Shown here: positions 9,689 to 20,260 of the stretch, in pieces | Numbering within the stretch: position 1 is the stretch's first letter | Layout: each line of letters begins with the position of its first letter | Assembly: GCA_964351525.1 (NCBI GenBank) | Contig: CAYGOD010000003.1 | Span: 136,121-200,120, forward strand | DNA length: 64,000 bases | Reading direction: 5' to 3' | Source: an uncultured Bdellovibrionales bacterium | GTDB taxonomy: Bacteria; Pseudomonadota; Alphaproteobacteria; Micavibrionales; GCA-2720935 | Notes under the pieces: generated by a model | The model's database searches: none | Seen by the model: the letters and a program-made list of their open reading frames with translations, nothing else | Told to the model about the DNA's origin: nothing | Position numbers and translations under genes: made by a program

Positions 9689-11245
9689 TTAACTGTTCTT
9701 AGAGCGCAGGAATTGTTTCATATCATCAAGCCTGACTATAGCAAACAGGAAGCCACATAAGAAGTAAATTATCGTTGAAAACACGATCATTCCGACCAAA
9801 TAAAAGATCTCTGTCAGTAAAGATAACGTGCCGTCAAAGACATCGCCCAAAAACCAATAAAACACATAAAGTATCGCGCCCATTATCGCACTAGATATGG
9901 CCATTTTGATGATCTTCATCCATAGAGCTTTATTATCTTTGACCAGAGCATGACCACGCATTGCCGTAAATAAACACACAACATGGAACCAGCCCGCAAT
10001 AGATGTCGCAAGAGCAATCCCAACATGCGCCAAATATTTAATCAAGATCAAGCTTAAAACGACATTGAAAATAGTAATAATAATTGAAATCTTAACGGGG
10101 GTTTTTGTGTCTTCGTGTGAAAAATAAACCGTATTCAAAACCTTGACCATCACATAGGCTGGCAAGCCAATCGCATAAGCCTTTAAGGCATTGGCAGTCA
10201 TGATTGTTGCGGTTGCATCAAAACTCCCGCGTTCAAATAAAACATGGATAATAGGTTCTGCAATAATACATAAAGCAAAGGCAGACGGTATCGCCAAAAA
10301 TAATGATAAAGACAAAGCGTTACTGAATAGATTTTTGCTTTCCGTTTGATCGGTGCTGGTCAAGGCGCGGGACAACATCGGAAGTAATGCCGTTCCAATG
10401 GCGACACCAATGATACCAAGCGGTAATTGGTTTAAACGATCTGCATAATATAAATAGGATACCGCGCCGACGGGCAATAAAGACGCCAAAATAATATCAA
10501 TGAATAAATTAATCTGTGTAACGCCAGCCCCCAATGCCGCAGGTGCCATTAAAGCAAATAGTCGTTTAATCTTGGCGTTAAAGAAACCAAGACCCAGCTT
10601 AAAAACATAACCATAGCGCTTCAGATAAAACCCCATCCAAATCAGCTGAACAATACCCGCAACCAAGACACCGCAAGACAGCATATAAGCAGCATTCAAA
10701 TCCATTGATGGTGATAGCAATAAGGCACCAATCAACACCAGATTGAATAAAACAGGCATAAAAGCAAAAGGTGCAAAACGATTATGAGCATTTAAAACCC
10801 CGCCAATTAACGCCGTTATGGACATACATAAAAGATATGGGAATGTGATGCGGGCCATATCCACGGCCGCGACATAACGCACATCATCAACCGCAAATCC
10901 TGGGGCGATGACATTAATAACAAACGGCATTAACACCATCATCAAACACGTAAATGGCAGTAAAACCGTTAGCATGGTGAGGAAGGCATCACCCGCAAAT
11001 TTTGATGCGGCGTCTTTGCCGTCCGCTTCAGAGATCTTGGCATAAAGAGGAATAAAAGCGAATGAAAACGCACCTTCTGCGGTGATACGACGAAAGAAAT
11101 TAGGGAGTTTTAGAGCAATAAAAAACGCATCAGCCAAAGGCCCCGCACCGAGAAATAAAGCAACCAAAATGTCACGACAAAAGCCCAAAATACGGCTTAT
11201 AAACGTCATGCCACCAACGGTAAAAAAAGCTTTATAAAGACGCAT
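9689..11245 (-). CDS. murJ: Lipid II flippase MurJ
   Basis: SRILGFCRD, LPNFFRRITAEGA, LYYADRLNQLPLG; many TM helices. Confidence 0.95.
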   Translation of the reverse strand: MRLYKAFFTVGGMTFISRILGFCRDILVALFLGAGPLADAFFIALKLPNFFRRITAEGAFSFAFIPLYAKISEADGKDAASKFAGDAFLTMLTVLLPFTCLMMVLMPFVINVIAPGFAVDDVRYVAAVDMARITFPYLLCMSITALIGGVLNAHNRFAPFAFMPVLFNLVLIGALLLSPSMDLNAAYMLSCGVLVAGIVQLIWMGFYLKRYGYVFKLGLGFFNAKIKRLFALMAPAALGAGVTQINLFIDIILASLLPVGAVSYLYYADRLNQLPLGIIGVAIGTALLPMLSRALTSTDQTESKNLFSNALSLSLFLAIPSAFALCIIAEPIIHVLFERGSFDATATIMTANALKAYAIGLPAYVMVKVLNTVYFSHEDTKTPVKISIIITIFNVVLSLILIKYLAHVGIALATSIAGWFHVVCLFTAMRGHALVKDNKALWMKIIKMAISSAIMGAILYVFYWFLGDVFDGTLSLLTEIFYLVGMIVFSTIIYFLCGFLFAIVRLDDMKQFLRSKNS

Positions 11246-11366
11246 CTGCTTAAACGGTACTTTTCAAAAAGGTATAAATGAAACAATGACTCACTTTATA
11301 ACAATTTTATGCTAATGTCTTAAACGAAAATCATCTTTATTTTAAAATAGATATGAAGCAATAAAA

Positions 11367-13265
11367 GTGGCCAAAAAGAAAACAAACAAAGTAACAAAAT
11401 CTGCCAAACGATCACGGCAAAAAAGAGAGGCTGAAAAGCCCTCTTTATTCATGCGTTTATTTAAATTTAGCTTCATTGCCGCGATTTGGGGATTATTGGT
11501 CTTGGCCTTGGTGGTCTTTATTTATGCCTATGACCTGCCTGATATCAAACAGGCCATGCAATTTGATAAACGCCCCGCCGTTACAATTTTAGCCGATGAC
11601 CAATCATTGTTGGCACGCTATGGCGAAACACAAGGGCGTTTTGTACCCGCCGATGAAACGCCACAAATTTTGATTGACGCAATTTTATCCATCGAAGATC
11701 GCCGTTTTTATAGTCATTTTGGCGTTGACCCCATTGGTTTAGCGCGCGCCATGTACACAAATGTTAAAGTTGGGCGCTTTGTTCAAGGCGGATCAACCCT
11801 GACACAGCAATTATCAAAGATTTTATTTCTAACACCCGACCGTACCCTCAAACGCAAAATCAGAGAGGCCTTAACCGCTTTCTGGCTAGAGGTCAGCTAT
11901 AGCAAACAAGAGATTTTAAGTGCTTATTTAAACCGCGTCTATTTGGGCTCTGGAACCTATGGTTTTGATGCCGCATCACAACGTTATTTTGGTAAATCCG
12001 TGACGCAGGTTAATATTAAAGAGGCCGCCTTGTTAGCTGGTCTTTTAAAGGCCCCTTCGCGCTATTCACCCATCAGCAATAAAAAGCGTAGCTTAGAACG
12101 CATGAATGTTGTTCTCAATGCCATGATTGATAATAAGAAAATCACACGAAGCGATATCAAAAATATAACGCTTGGTTTTAACTTTGTTCAACACAAAGAT
12201 GGCTATGGTTATTTCAGCGATATGATTTTAGAAAGCCTTAAGGCTTATATGGGCGAAGACCCGCGTGATGTTATCGTTTACACCACCCTTGATACAGACC
12301 TTCAAAAAATTGCCGAAGATGCATTAAATGAAACGTTGCAAGTCCAAGGGGAAACACGCGATGTTTCACAAGGGGCTGTGCTTATTTTAAATAATGAAGC
12401 AGAGATAAAAGCCCTTGTCGGGGGCGCCGATTACAATAAAACACAATTTAACCGAGCCTTTCAAGCCAAGCGCCAACCAGGATCCTTATTTAAAGTTTTT
12501 GTCTATTTAGCCGCCTTGCAAAATAATCAGATCACACCCGATATGCGCGTGATAGATGAGGCCAAAGACTTTAATGGCTATGCCCCTAAAAATTATAACA
12601 ATGATTATAAAGGGGAGATGACAGTAAGAGAGGCCTTTGCCCTGTCCATCAATACAATTGCCGTTGAAATCGCATCAAAAACGGGGTTAGGTGATATAAA
12701 GAAAATCGCGCGACGCCTTGGTATCATTAGTGAGTTACCGAATAATCTTAGTTTGGCCTTGGGGTCTGCGAGTGTTTCTTTAAAAGATATGACGCAGAGC
12801 TTTGCGATGATAGCCAATAATAACAGCGCCCTTGATAGTCATGGTATTCGTAAAATCCAGACATTAGACGGCGAGATCTTATATGAGTTCAAACCCGCTG
12901 AAATCATGCCGTTTATGGATAAGACAGATGAAGTCGACATACGCGACTTAATGAATGCGGCGGTTGAATTTGGTACGGCAAAACGCGCGAAAATTGATCG
13001 TCACACAGTCTATGGCAAAACAGGCACCAGTGAGGATTACCGTGATGCATGGTTTGTTGGTTTTACCGATCATTACAGTGGCGGTGTATGGTTGGGCAAT
13101 GACGATGGCGCATCGATGAAAAACGTCACGGGCGGCGGCTTCCCCGCATCAATATGGCGTAATATTATGAATGAAGCTCATAAAAATATTGCACCAGCAC
13201 CGATAAACACGCTAAAAGAAAGTAATGACAGTTTTATCCAGAAAATCTTTAGTATTTTTAATTAA
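11367..13265 (+). CDS. Class A penicillin-binding protein (PBP1A family)
   Basis: EDRRFYSHFGVD, QGGSTLTQQL, LNRVYLG; RQPGSLFK (SxxK), SIN, GKTGTS; GTG start. Confidence 0.95.
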   Translation: MAKKKTNKVTKSAKRSRQKREAEKPSLFMRLFKFSFIAAIWGLLVLALVVFIYAYDLPDIKQAMQFDKRPAVTILADDQSLLARYGETQGRFVPADETPQILIDAILSIEDRRFYSHFGVDPIGLARAMYTNVKVGRFVQGGSTLTQQLSKILFLTPDRTLKRKIREALTAFWLEVSYSKQEILSAYLNRVYLGSGTYGFDAASQRYFGKSVTQVNIKEAALLAGLLKAPSRYSPISNKKRSLERMNVVLNAMIDNKKITRSDIKNITLGFNFVQHKDGYGYFSDMILESLKAYMGEDPRDVIVYTTLDTDLQKIAEDALNETLQVQGETRDVSQGAVLILNNEAEIKALVGGADYNKTQFNRAFQAKRQPGSLFKVFVYLAALQNNQITPDMRVIDEAKDFNGYAPKNYNNDYKGEMTVREAFALSINTIAVEIASKTGLGDIKKIARRLGIISELPNNLSLALGSASVSLKDMTQSFAMIANNNSALDSHGIRKIQTLDGEILYEFKPAEIMPFMDKTDEVDIRDLMNAAVEFGTAKRAKIDRHTVYGKTGTSEDYRDAWFVGFTDHYSGGVWLGNDDGASMKNVTGGGFPASIWRNIMNEAHKNIAPAPINTLKESNDSFIQKIFSIFN

Positions 13266-13620
13266 CGCGCTTATTATTTGTTTGGCCTTATCAATTCTGG
13301 CTGGTTGTGCGATGACACCGCCACCGCAAGATCAAACAATCCCGAATGCCCCCGACTACCAATCATCCCTCGCACCTGCTCTTATAAAATATCATGACGC
13401 AGAAACGGTTAATCGTGCGTCTTGGGCAGAGCATTTAATGTTGGAACGCCCAATTGGCGAAAAAATCTTTTGGAAAACAGATAATAGTGCCTATGTCATT
13501 GGAATCCGCGAAGCAACATTAAATGGTAAAATATGCCGTGAATTCAACCATGTCTTCATGACAAAAGACGCCCCAGAAGAAACATCCGAAAAGCGCCTTT
13601 ATTCGTCAATTTGTAAATAG
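13225..13620 (+). CDS. Predicted lipoprotein (surface-antigen-like)
   Basis: Hydrophobic leader with lipobox LAGC; CREF motif. Confidence 0.6.
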   Translation: MTVLSRKSLVFLINALIICLALSILAGCAMTPPPQDQTIPNAPDYQSSLAPALIKYHDAETVNRASWAEHLMLERPIGEKIFWKTDNSAYVIGIREATLNGKICREFNHVFMTKDAPEETSEKRLYSSICK

Positions 13621-13630
13621 ATATCTAGCC

Positions 13631-15427
13631 TTAGTGAATGAGGCCTTTTTCTTTTTCTACCATAATATCCAACCACTCTGGTTGTAAGGTTGGTTTACCA
13701 AAGGCATAGCCTTGGAGCTTGGTAATACCGTCCGCCGCTAAAATACTGGCGTCATCAAAGCTTTCTATTCCCTCGGCAACTGTGCCTAGACCAAAGCCGT
13801 CAGCCAACATATGGAGGGCTTTTAAGAAAAGTTTATTCTGTTCGCGGTCTTGCATACCTTGGGCAAAAGCGCCGTCAATTTTAACGAGATCGATGTTTAA
13901 CTTATCCAGCTGACTGAAAGAGGTCTGTCCCGCACCAAAATCATCCAAAGCAACACGACATCCCAAACCATGAAGGATTTTGATGAATTCAACAGCAATA
14001 TCCATATCTTGCATGGCGACCGTTTCTGTAATTTCAACAATCAAACGATTTGCAACATCAGGCTTGCCCTTAAGCAATGTTTTAACCGTGGTCATCCAAT
14101 CATTATCCATGACCGTCATGCCCGAAATGTTCACAGAAAGAGAGATCGCTGGATATGCGATTAATTCATGAATGGCTAATTTCGCCGCGTGCATATCGGC
14201 CAAGCGACAAAGCCCCATTTTCTCAACGGCGGGAATAAACATGCCAGCAGGAATAACAGACCCATCATGATCGATCATACGCATCAGGGCCTCATTAAAA
14301 TAGACATCACGCGCATCTTTATTATTATCATCATAATTAATGACATGTTGATAGGCCAAGGCAATGCGATCTTCTTTCATGGCTTTCACAAATTCATCAC
14401 CCGTAACAATCCATTTACGGAATGAATCACGTTTGTCCGATGATACATCATAGGCGTGATATGCGCTTTGACCAAATTTACGGGCTTTGTTTAACGCCAT
14501 TTCGGCACGCTTAATTAATCCATGTGCATTAAAATCATGATTAGGTAGACCGATGCTACCAATAGAGATCGTCACGCGCAAAGGCCCAGCCTTTGTCATG
14601 ATAGGACGATCAGAAAAATATTTAATAAGATCAAAAGCACGATAGCGGCGCTCCGCCCCTGGTACTTTAGGTAAAATTACACCAAAGCTATCACCAGAAG
14701 TTACACCAACTTTTCCTTGTCCTTTGATAAGATCATCTAAACGATGTCCGACTTTTTTGAAAATCTCTTCGGTTACATCTGTACCGTAAGCTTCTTCAAT
14801 AATATTTAAGCGATCAATGCCAACCGAAAGTAAACTGCCCTCTTCGTTGATATTACGCAGATGTTCTAAATTCTCTTCAACCAACAAACGAAATCCTTCG
14901 TTATTGGGTAAATGTGTCGCGGTATTGATATAGGCAACGACCTTCATATCTTCTAGGGCTTCGCGTTCTTTTGTAATATCACGCAAGATACCGTAAAAAT
15001 TCTTATCGCCTGTCTTTACGTCTTCTTCAACATGGCCATTCTCACGCACCCAAATCGTTTGGCCATCGGCCTTACGCATACGGTAATCACATGAATATGT
15101 ATCATTATCTTCGAAATGGGCATGGAGATGCTTTAAGCGCATCGGTAAATCTTGGGGGTTTATACGTTGATTGATATCACCAAAGGCAATATCACGACCG
15201 TCGCTGATGCCCATCAATGTATGAATGTCACCTAACCACTTCACAGTGCCGCGGTCAATATTCCAAATAAAGCCAATGTCACCAGAGGATCCTAAAATCT
15301 TGCTTAAGGTGTCAGAGGTCGTATCTAAAGTATCTGTGTTAGATGGCGCCTTTACAGACGGTTTATCTACCGCCTCTTCTTGCTTTTGTATTTGGCCTTC
15401 TGGTATCTCAATATTCTTATTGGACAT
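13631..15427 (-). CDS. PAS-GGDEF(degenerate)-EAL c-di-GMP phosphodiesterase
   Basis: PAS/PAC (YRMRKADGQTIWV); SGDSF replaces GGDEF; EALMR, VEITE, DDFGAG, VKIDG, AEGIE, QGY intact. Confidence 0.9.
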   Translation of the reverse strand: MSNKNIEIPEGQIQKQEEAVDKPSVKAPSNTDTLDTTSDTLSKILGSSGDIGFIWNIDRGTVKWLGDIHTLMGISDGRDIAFGDINQRINPQDLPMRLKHLHAHFEDNDTYSCDYRMRKADGQTIWVRENGHVEEDVKTGDKNFYGILRDITKEREALEDMKVVAYINTATHLPNNEGFRLLVEENLEHLRNINEEGSLLSVGIDRLNIIEEAYGTDVTEEIFKKVGHRLDDLIKGQGKVGVTSGDSFGVILPKVPGAERRYRAFDLIKYFSDRPIMTKAGPLRVTISIGSIGLPNHDFNAHGLIKRAEMALNKARKFGQSAYHAYDVSSDKRDSFRKWIVTGDEFVKAMKEDRIALAYQHVINYDDNNKDARDVYFNEALMRMIDHDGSVIPAGMFIPAVEKMGLCRLADMHAAKLAIHELIAYPAISLSVNISGMTVMDNDWMTTVKTLLKGKPDVANRLIVEITETVAMQDMDIAVEFIKILHGLGCRVALDDFGAGQTSFSQLDKLNIDLVKIDGAFAQGMQDREQNKLFLKALHMLADGFGLGTVAEGIESFDDASILAADGITKLQGYAFGKPTLQPEWLDIMVEKEKGLIH

Positions 15428-15546
15428 TGTTAAATTACCCCTTATCTTTCTTTATTATGCAGGCTAAAGAGTTAAGAAAGGCTTATCGGAATAGATAAAA
15501 TTTTATGTTTATTTGATATATTTTAGCAAGTCACTGATATTAAACG

Positions 15547-16596
15547 TTATTTACTAAACGAAAAAAGGATATCATCGCGTGCTTTAAGCACGTTTGCGGC
15601 ATTAACGGCAGGGGCTTCTTGCATAAAGATATGAAGATGATTCTGTGCCGATAAAAACAATAATGACGATACTGTATCACCACCTTGATGAGCACTGGAA
15701 TCGGGTGAGCACGCAAAATCAGCGCGTACAAAATAATCGTCTCCTAAGCGTTCTACATGACTGACCTCACTAACAAAGACACCTTCACAAAGACGCTTGA
15801 TCGGTATCAGGTAATCTTCAACCATCGGAGATAGCTGTGTTGGCTCTTCCAAACGTGTTTGTAACGATATTTGTTTATAAGCGCCCTTGATGTTCTGATA
15901 GCGATCTTCCCCGTACCAAATAGCATCAACCACCTTATTAGCGCCTCCTATCTCGTCTATATGGCTATAGGAAATCGCCGCTTTTTGTAATTGTTGGGCA
16001 AGAAAACCATGGGGATTATTATCTATCTGTGCTGCTTTTTCGGTTGTCTCAATATCATGGCTTATCGCTGGTACAGCACTTACGAACGCAATGTCATCAA
16101 GCAATGTCTCTCGACATGTATCGAGAGCCTTTAACCAGCGCGTCCAATTATTCCCTAAATCAAAAGAAATATTTTGGCTCAACCCCGCAAGGGATGCATA
16201 ACGATAGTCCGTAAAATTAGGAACGTTAAAGAATGTGGATGGTAGAGGAACAAGCAACAAATTGTCACGAATAGCTTTGGCCTTAATCGCACCTGAATTG
16301 TACTCAGCCATCCTCTCTGCTTGATTAGATGACATGTCTAAACGAACATCATAAAACTCACCTACACCCAAGACAGCGCTATCAAAGCCGATCAAAAAAC
16401 GCCCATCACCAGCCTTATCTCGGGCTATATAGACAGTATCCCCATTATCTTCTGTACGCTCTAAGACGCAATAAGCAATTTTATCAGGTTGATTGGCATC
16501 GGGTATATGATTGATTGACCAGTCATTCGCAAAAGTAGGCGATGCGATCATTGAAACGAAAATAAAAAAAACGGCAAAACAAAAACGATAGAGCAT
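15547..16596 (-). CDS. Exported hypothetical protein (paralogue of 16632-18392)
   Basis: Signal peptide ending PTFA; long ORF; shared Cys pattern with neighbour. Confidence 0.75.
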   Translation of the reverse strand: MLYRFCFAVFFIFVSMIASPTFANDWSINHIPDANQPDKIAYCVLERTEDNGDTVYIARDKAGDGRFLIGFDSAVLGVGEFYDVRLDMSSNQAERMAEYNSGAIKAKAIRDNLLLVPLPSTFFNVPNFTDYRYASLAGLSQNISFDLGNNWTRWLKALDTCRETLLDDIAFVSAVPAISHDIETTEKAAQIDNNPHGFLAQQLQKAAISYSHIDEIGGANKVVDAIWYGEDRYQNIKGAYKQISLQTRLEEPTQLSPMVEDYLIPIKRLCEGVFVSEVSHVERLGDDYFVRADFACSPDSSAHQGGDTVSSLLFLSAQNHLHIFMQEAPAVNAANVLKARDDILFSFSK

Positions 16597-16631
16597 AATA
16601 TGTCACGTATCCTCTTTTGTTAATTCGTCAC

Positions 16632-18392
16632 TTACATACCACCAAACAAGACGGTTGGCAGTGAATGTGCGATTGGTTTTGGTGAAACAACGCGCCCCGC
16701 TTGATTCGCCGTAGAACGCATCTCAGCAAGCGAAGAAAGACTGTTTGCTGGATATGTTTTTGCTTGAACCTCTGGCGTCCTATAAACAGTCGCAACAACT
16801 GGCTGAATCTCTACAGATGGCTTTACAGTGCCCTGAGTAACAGGATTAGCTTGGGTAACAGGACTGGTTGGCAATGCTCTTTGTGTGTTATTAAGAGTCA
16901 GATATTGCACCACCGGGCGTTGAAAAATTGGGTTTTCAATATTTTGTTCCGCAACATCAACATAATCAACGATCTGTTTTGCCTGTGGCTGAACATCATC
17001 TTGTTGATCCAGATCAGCCAAAACTTGTTTAATCGCAGTAATATCTTTCTGCATCATCATTGATTGATCGGCAGACCCTTCAAAAGCAAGAGCACTTAAT
17101 GTGCCTTTGTTTGTAAAGAATAGCCCCGTAAATAAGCTATCTTTATTGATATTACGGCAACGCACATTCATATCAATCATTGATAAACTACCAATCGTGT
17201 CAATTTTTGATATTGAGGGCGCAAAACCAAAATCGCCGCCACAACTATCTCGTTGGCCTTGAATCGTTGCCTTAGCCAAAGATTGCAACGCTTTTTGTAC
17301 TTGTTCTGCCATGAAGTATGTTTGCTCAAAACGTCCAGAAATTGAACGATTGTCAACCCAAGTAGAAATATGACGATCATCATTAGTCATTGTATTAACA
17401 CTATCATGCAAAGGAATAACATCCGTTTTTTGCAATAAACCATTCAAAGCAGCTGGCAGGTTATTGGGGATAACAACATCCTTAATAATCGTTGTTTCTT
17501 GTGTCATTATATGGCGCGTATCTGTCGCTTGTCTGGCGGGCGCATTAACGGCGACATAACCAGATGGCATATCGGGCACAAGTCTATTGCTCGCGTTACC
17601 TGTAACGGCCTTTTCTTGTATTTTCTGGCGCTGTGCTTTTTCAACATAATGATATAAACGCAAGTCATCTTGGGCATTTGGCAAAACAGCGCGTGATACA
17701 ATACCATTGGTTAGGGTGTTGACGCTCTTTGGATTTTCTTTAAGAGCTGTCATTTTCGTAGGCGTCTTATCTGATTTTTCAGTTATCAATGACGTTGTAT
17801 CAGCGTCTATCATTAGATCATTACTGCTGAGTATTTCATTAACACGCATATCACATGATAATAATTTCTTACGAACATCCTTGATATCCGTAATGTTGTA
17901 AATCGATGAAAAATTAGTCTTTTCAACACCTATATTCACATGATCATGGGCCGTTAGATTTTCCCAAAAATAATCATCATTGCCCGCTTGAACAATAATT
18001 GATTGTGCAGTATCCGCACGCCCAATAAAGCGTCCTTGATTACCATTTGGAAATATAAAATTAATCGTTTCGTTAGGAGATATATTAAAGATAGGCGCAT
18101 CACTTTTTATTGCCAATGATGTTTGTCCTGCACCCTTAACGGCTAGAACCAATGTTGTGCCATTTGAGAAACGGGTCGCAGCAACACAGTAATCTTTTTC
18201 GCCCGTTACCGTTGATGCAACTTGTGATGATTGCCATGGTTGTAATGGTACAGCAACGACAATCTGGGGTATAACAGCATTTTTATCTAATAAATTTATA
18301 GGTTGAGCCATTGCGAGCGCCGACCAACCAAGTAGCAAAAAGCTACACAGAAAAGTCGTCATATAAAAAGTCTGATTATGCATTGCGCGCAC
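16632..18392 (-). CDS. Exported hypothetical protein, two domains plus low-complexity linker and tail
   Basis: Signal peptide ending LAMA; W..YC..C N-domain and CGGDF..C C-domain shared with neighbour. Confidence 0.78.
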   Translation of the reverse strand: MRAMHNQTFYMTTFLCSFLLLGWSALAMAQPINLLDKNAVIPQIVVAVPLQPWQSSQVASTVTGEKDYCVAATRFSNGTTLVLAVKGAGQTSLAIKSDAPIFNISPNETINFIFPNGNQGRFIGRADTAQSIIVQAGNDDYFWENLTAHDHVNIGVEKTNFSSIYNITDIKDVRKKLLSCDMRVNEILSSNDLMIDADTTSLITEKSDKTPTKMTALKENPKSVNTLTNGIVSRAVLPNAQDDLRLYHYVEKAQRQKIQEKAVTGNASNRLVPDMPSGYVAVNAPARQATDTRHIMTQETTIIKDVVIPNNLPAALNGLLQKTDVIPLHDSVNTMTNDDRHISTWVDNRSISGRFEQTYFMAEQVQKALQSLAKATIQGQRDSCGGDFGFAPSISKIDTIGSLSMIDMNVRCRNINKDSLFTGLFFTNKGTLSALAFEGSADQSMMMQKDITAIKQVLADLDQQDDVQPQAKQIVDYVDVAEQNIENPIFQRPVVQYLTLNNTQRALPTSPVTQANPVTQGTVKPSVEIQPVVATVYRTPEVQAKTYPANSLSSLAEMRSTANQAGRVVSPKPIAHSLPTVLFGGM

Positions 18393-18498
18393 CTTAAAAT
18401 AACATGTAAGAATCTATTTTTTCATTATGAAACAAAAGATTAAAAAGAATCGCGCACCATGTCAAACATCCCTTTGATATAAGACTTCTTTGCCGTAT

Positions 18499-18526
18499 AA
18501 AAAAAGAGGCCATTAAGCCCCTTTTT
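18499..18526 (-). terminator. Intrinsic terminator of the CbbX-like gene
   Basis: Minus strand GGGGC-TTAATG-GCCTC followed by a T run, about 10 nt after the stop. Confidence 0.55.
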
Positions 18527-18535
18527 ATCAAAAAA

Positions 18536-20260
18536 TTAAACTGCTTTAAGCCTCTTATCGCGTGGTGCTGGCTTTCTAGGCGCTGCAAGATCGGCACCGC
18601 GATCATTTTTGTTAGCAGGCTGCTTGGCCTCACTTGATAAAGGACGACCGAAACCAATTGTGTTTGCTTGTTCTTTTTTATCAATAGTGCTCAGGTCAAC
18701 ATTCATAATATCATCAACCGTAATGGTTAATTTCTTACGTCTAGCCGCTGTCTTAAATTGATGTGTTAGCGTTCCCGCCCTATCTCGCTCGATAAGCTCA
18801 AGATTAACAGTAGCCACACGTTGCGTTTGTGCCTTAATGGCAGAGGCAACAAATTTACGCATCAAGCGACCATTGGAAAAAGTTTTATCTTTGCTGGCAC
18901 AAGCTTTCTCAATCTTATCGCGAATCAATGCTTCAGCCCCTTTGCCAAGGATATAATTATCCGGTAAAAGATAATGGAATACGTCCTCTAGCTCATCTGC
19001 ATCATAATCGTCAAAAACATATATTTCAGACAGCCTATCTTTAAGACCCGGGTCAATCGCTTTAATGGCTTCAGTCATTTCCTCTGGATAACCCGCCAAG
19101 ATAACAACAAATTTATCACGGTTATTTTCCATCGTTGCGATTAATTCTCTGGCGGCCTTCATCCCAAATTGTGATGACTTTTGACTTCCACCGCCATCAT
19201 TAAGCGAATGAAATTCATCCACAAATAGCATGCCGTTTGAATTTAATGCCTCTTCAATCTTGCCGCGCATATATTCGTTACTTTTACCGACATAGCCCTG
19301 CATAACCTCTTCACCATTAACGACAACCATAGGCCCTTTAAGAAAGCCTTCTGCGCGCAAAGCGAGGTGATAGATTTTTGCAAAAACCGTCTTTAATGTT
19401 CCGGGATTTCCTAAAAACGCCATATGTCCAAAGTCTTGATCGACAGAGCCCAACAAACTATGGATGCTATTTTCTCGTCCTGCCGTGCCGTTTAAAATAA
19501 TATCGGCCCTACGATTGCGAATAGTTGCGACAATTGAATCGATAATGTGCATCTTGCCTGACATGGCTGGCATCGCCCGTGTTTCTTCGATCAAAAGCTC
19601 TAATTCTTTTGAAAGATCTTCTTCCTGAGATACTGCCAATACATCACTATCTGTTGGAATAATGTCTTTCATTGCTTCGGGATCACTAATTTTATTGACC
19701 TCTGGCGCATGTTTTTTGCCAGTTCCACCATATTCTATTTGATATAAAGCGCCCGTTAATGGATCAAAGCCTTCAAAGTGCTGGTTAACGAAAAAGTTTT
19801 TTTGGTCTGATTTGAAGTACCAGGCCTTTTCTTTTTCATTCCACTCATAGGGAAAGTTAGGGTTTTTCTTATTGGCTTCAGATATTGGCATAAGGCAATA
19901 TCTATCTTTACCTTTATTATCCAATGCAATGTCAAAAATAAGCCCCGTACGAATGTCCCGCATTTCAATCACACGATCATCAACCATTGGCTCAATAATG
20001 ATTGTGCTATTTTCTATATCTGATAAATCCGCCGGGATTTCTAATGTCATGATTTGCTTGTAAGGATGGCCGATGACCAGTTCTAATTTCGTTCCCAAAA
20101 CGTCTTTAATATCAAAGCCATGACCATTTTTTTTGTCATAGGCGACAATTTCATACAGAACACGATTTGATAAATTATCAGGATCGATTCCCATCTGAAT
20201 TGAAAAAACGCATTTATGTTGTGTACTGTAACCATCGAAAGAAAAGGTTTTATGTGTCAT
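18536..20260 (-). CDS. CbbX/SpoVK/CfxQ-family AAA+ ATPase with unknown N-terminal domain
   Basis: HMAFLGNPGTLKT, QGYVG, MLFVDEFHSL, VVILAGYPEEM, DPGLKDR, SNGR. Confidence 0.85.
   Translation of the reverse strand: MTHKTFSFDGYSTQHKCVFSIQMGIDPDNLSNRVLYEIVAYDKKNGHGFDIKDVLGTKLELVIGHPYKQIMTLEIPADLSDIENSTIIIEPMVDDRVIEMRDIRTGLIFDIALDNKGKDRYCLMPISEANKKNPNFPYEWNEKEKAWYFKSDQKNFFVNQHFEGFDPLTGALYQIEYGGTGKKHAPEVNKISDPEAMKDIIPTDSDVLAVSQEEDLSKELELLIEETRAMPAMSGKMHIIDSIVATIRNRRADIILNGTAGRENSIHSLLGSVDQDFGHMAFLGNPGTLKTVFAKIYHLALRAEGFLKGPMVVVNGEEVMQGYVGKSNEYMRGKIEEALNSNGMLFVDEFHSLNDGGGSQKSSQFGMKAARELIATMENNRDKFVVILAGYPEEMTEAIKAIDPGLKDRLSEIYVFDDYDADELEDVFHYLLPDNYILGKGAEALIRDKIEKACASKDKTFSNGRLMRKFVASAIKAQTQRVATVNLELIERDRAGTLTHQFKTAARRKKLTITVDDIMNVDLSTIDKKEQANTIGFGRPLSSEAKQPANKNDRGADLAAPRKPAPRDKRLKAV

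Noticed and set aside
15472-15554. CtrA boxes upstream of the PdeA-like gene (TTAA-N7-TTAT, TTAA-N7-TTAC)
   Set aside because: One-mismatch hits in very AT-rich DNA are expected by chance.
16830-16870. Short PVTQ duplication in the 586-aa exported protein
   Set aside because: Only two copies within a low-complexity tail; not a repeat array.
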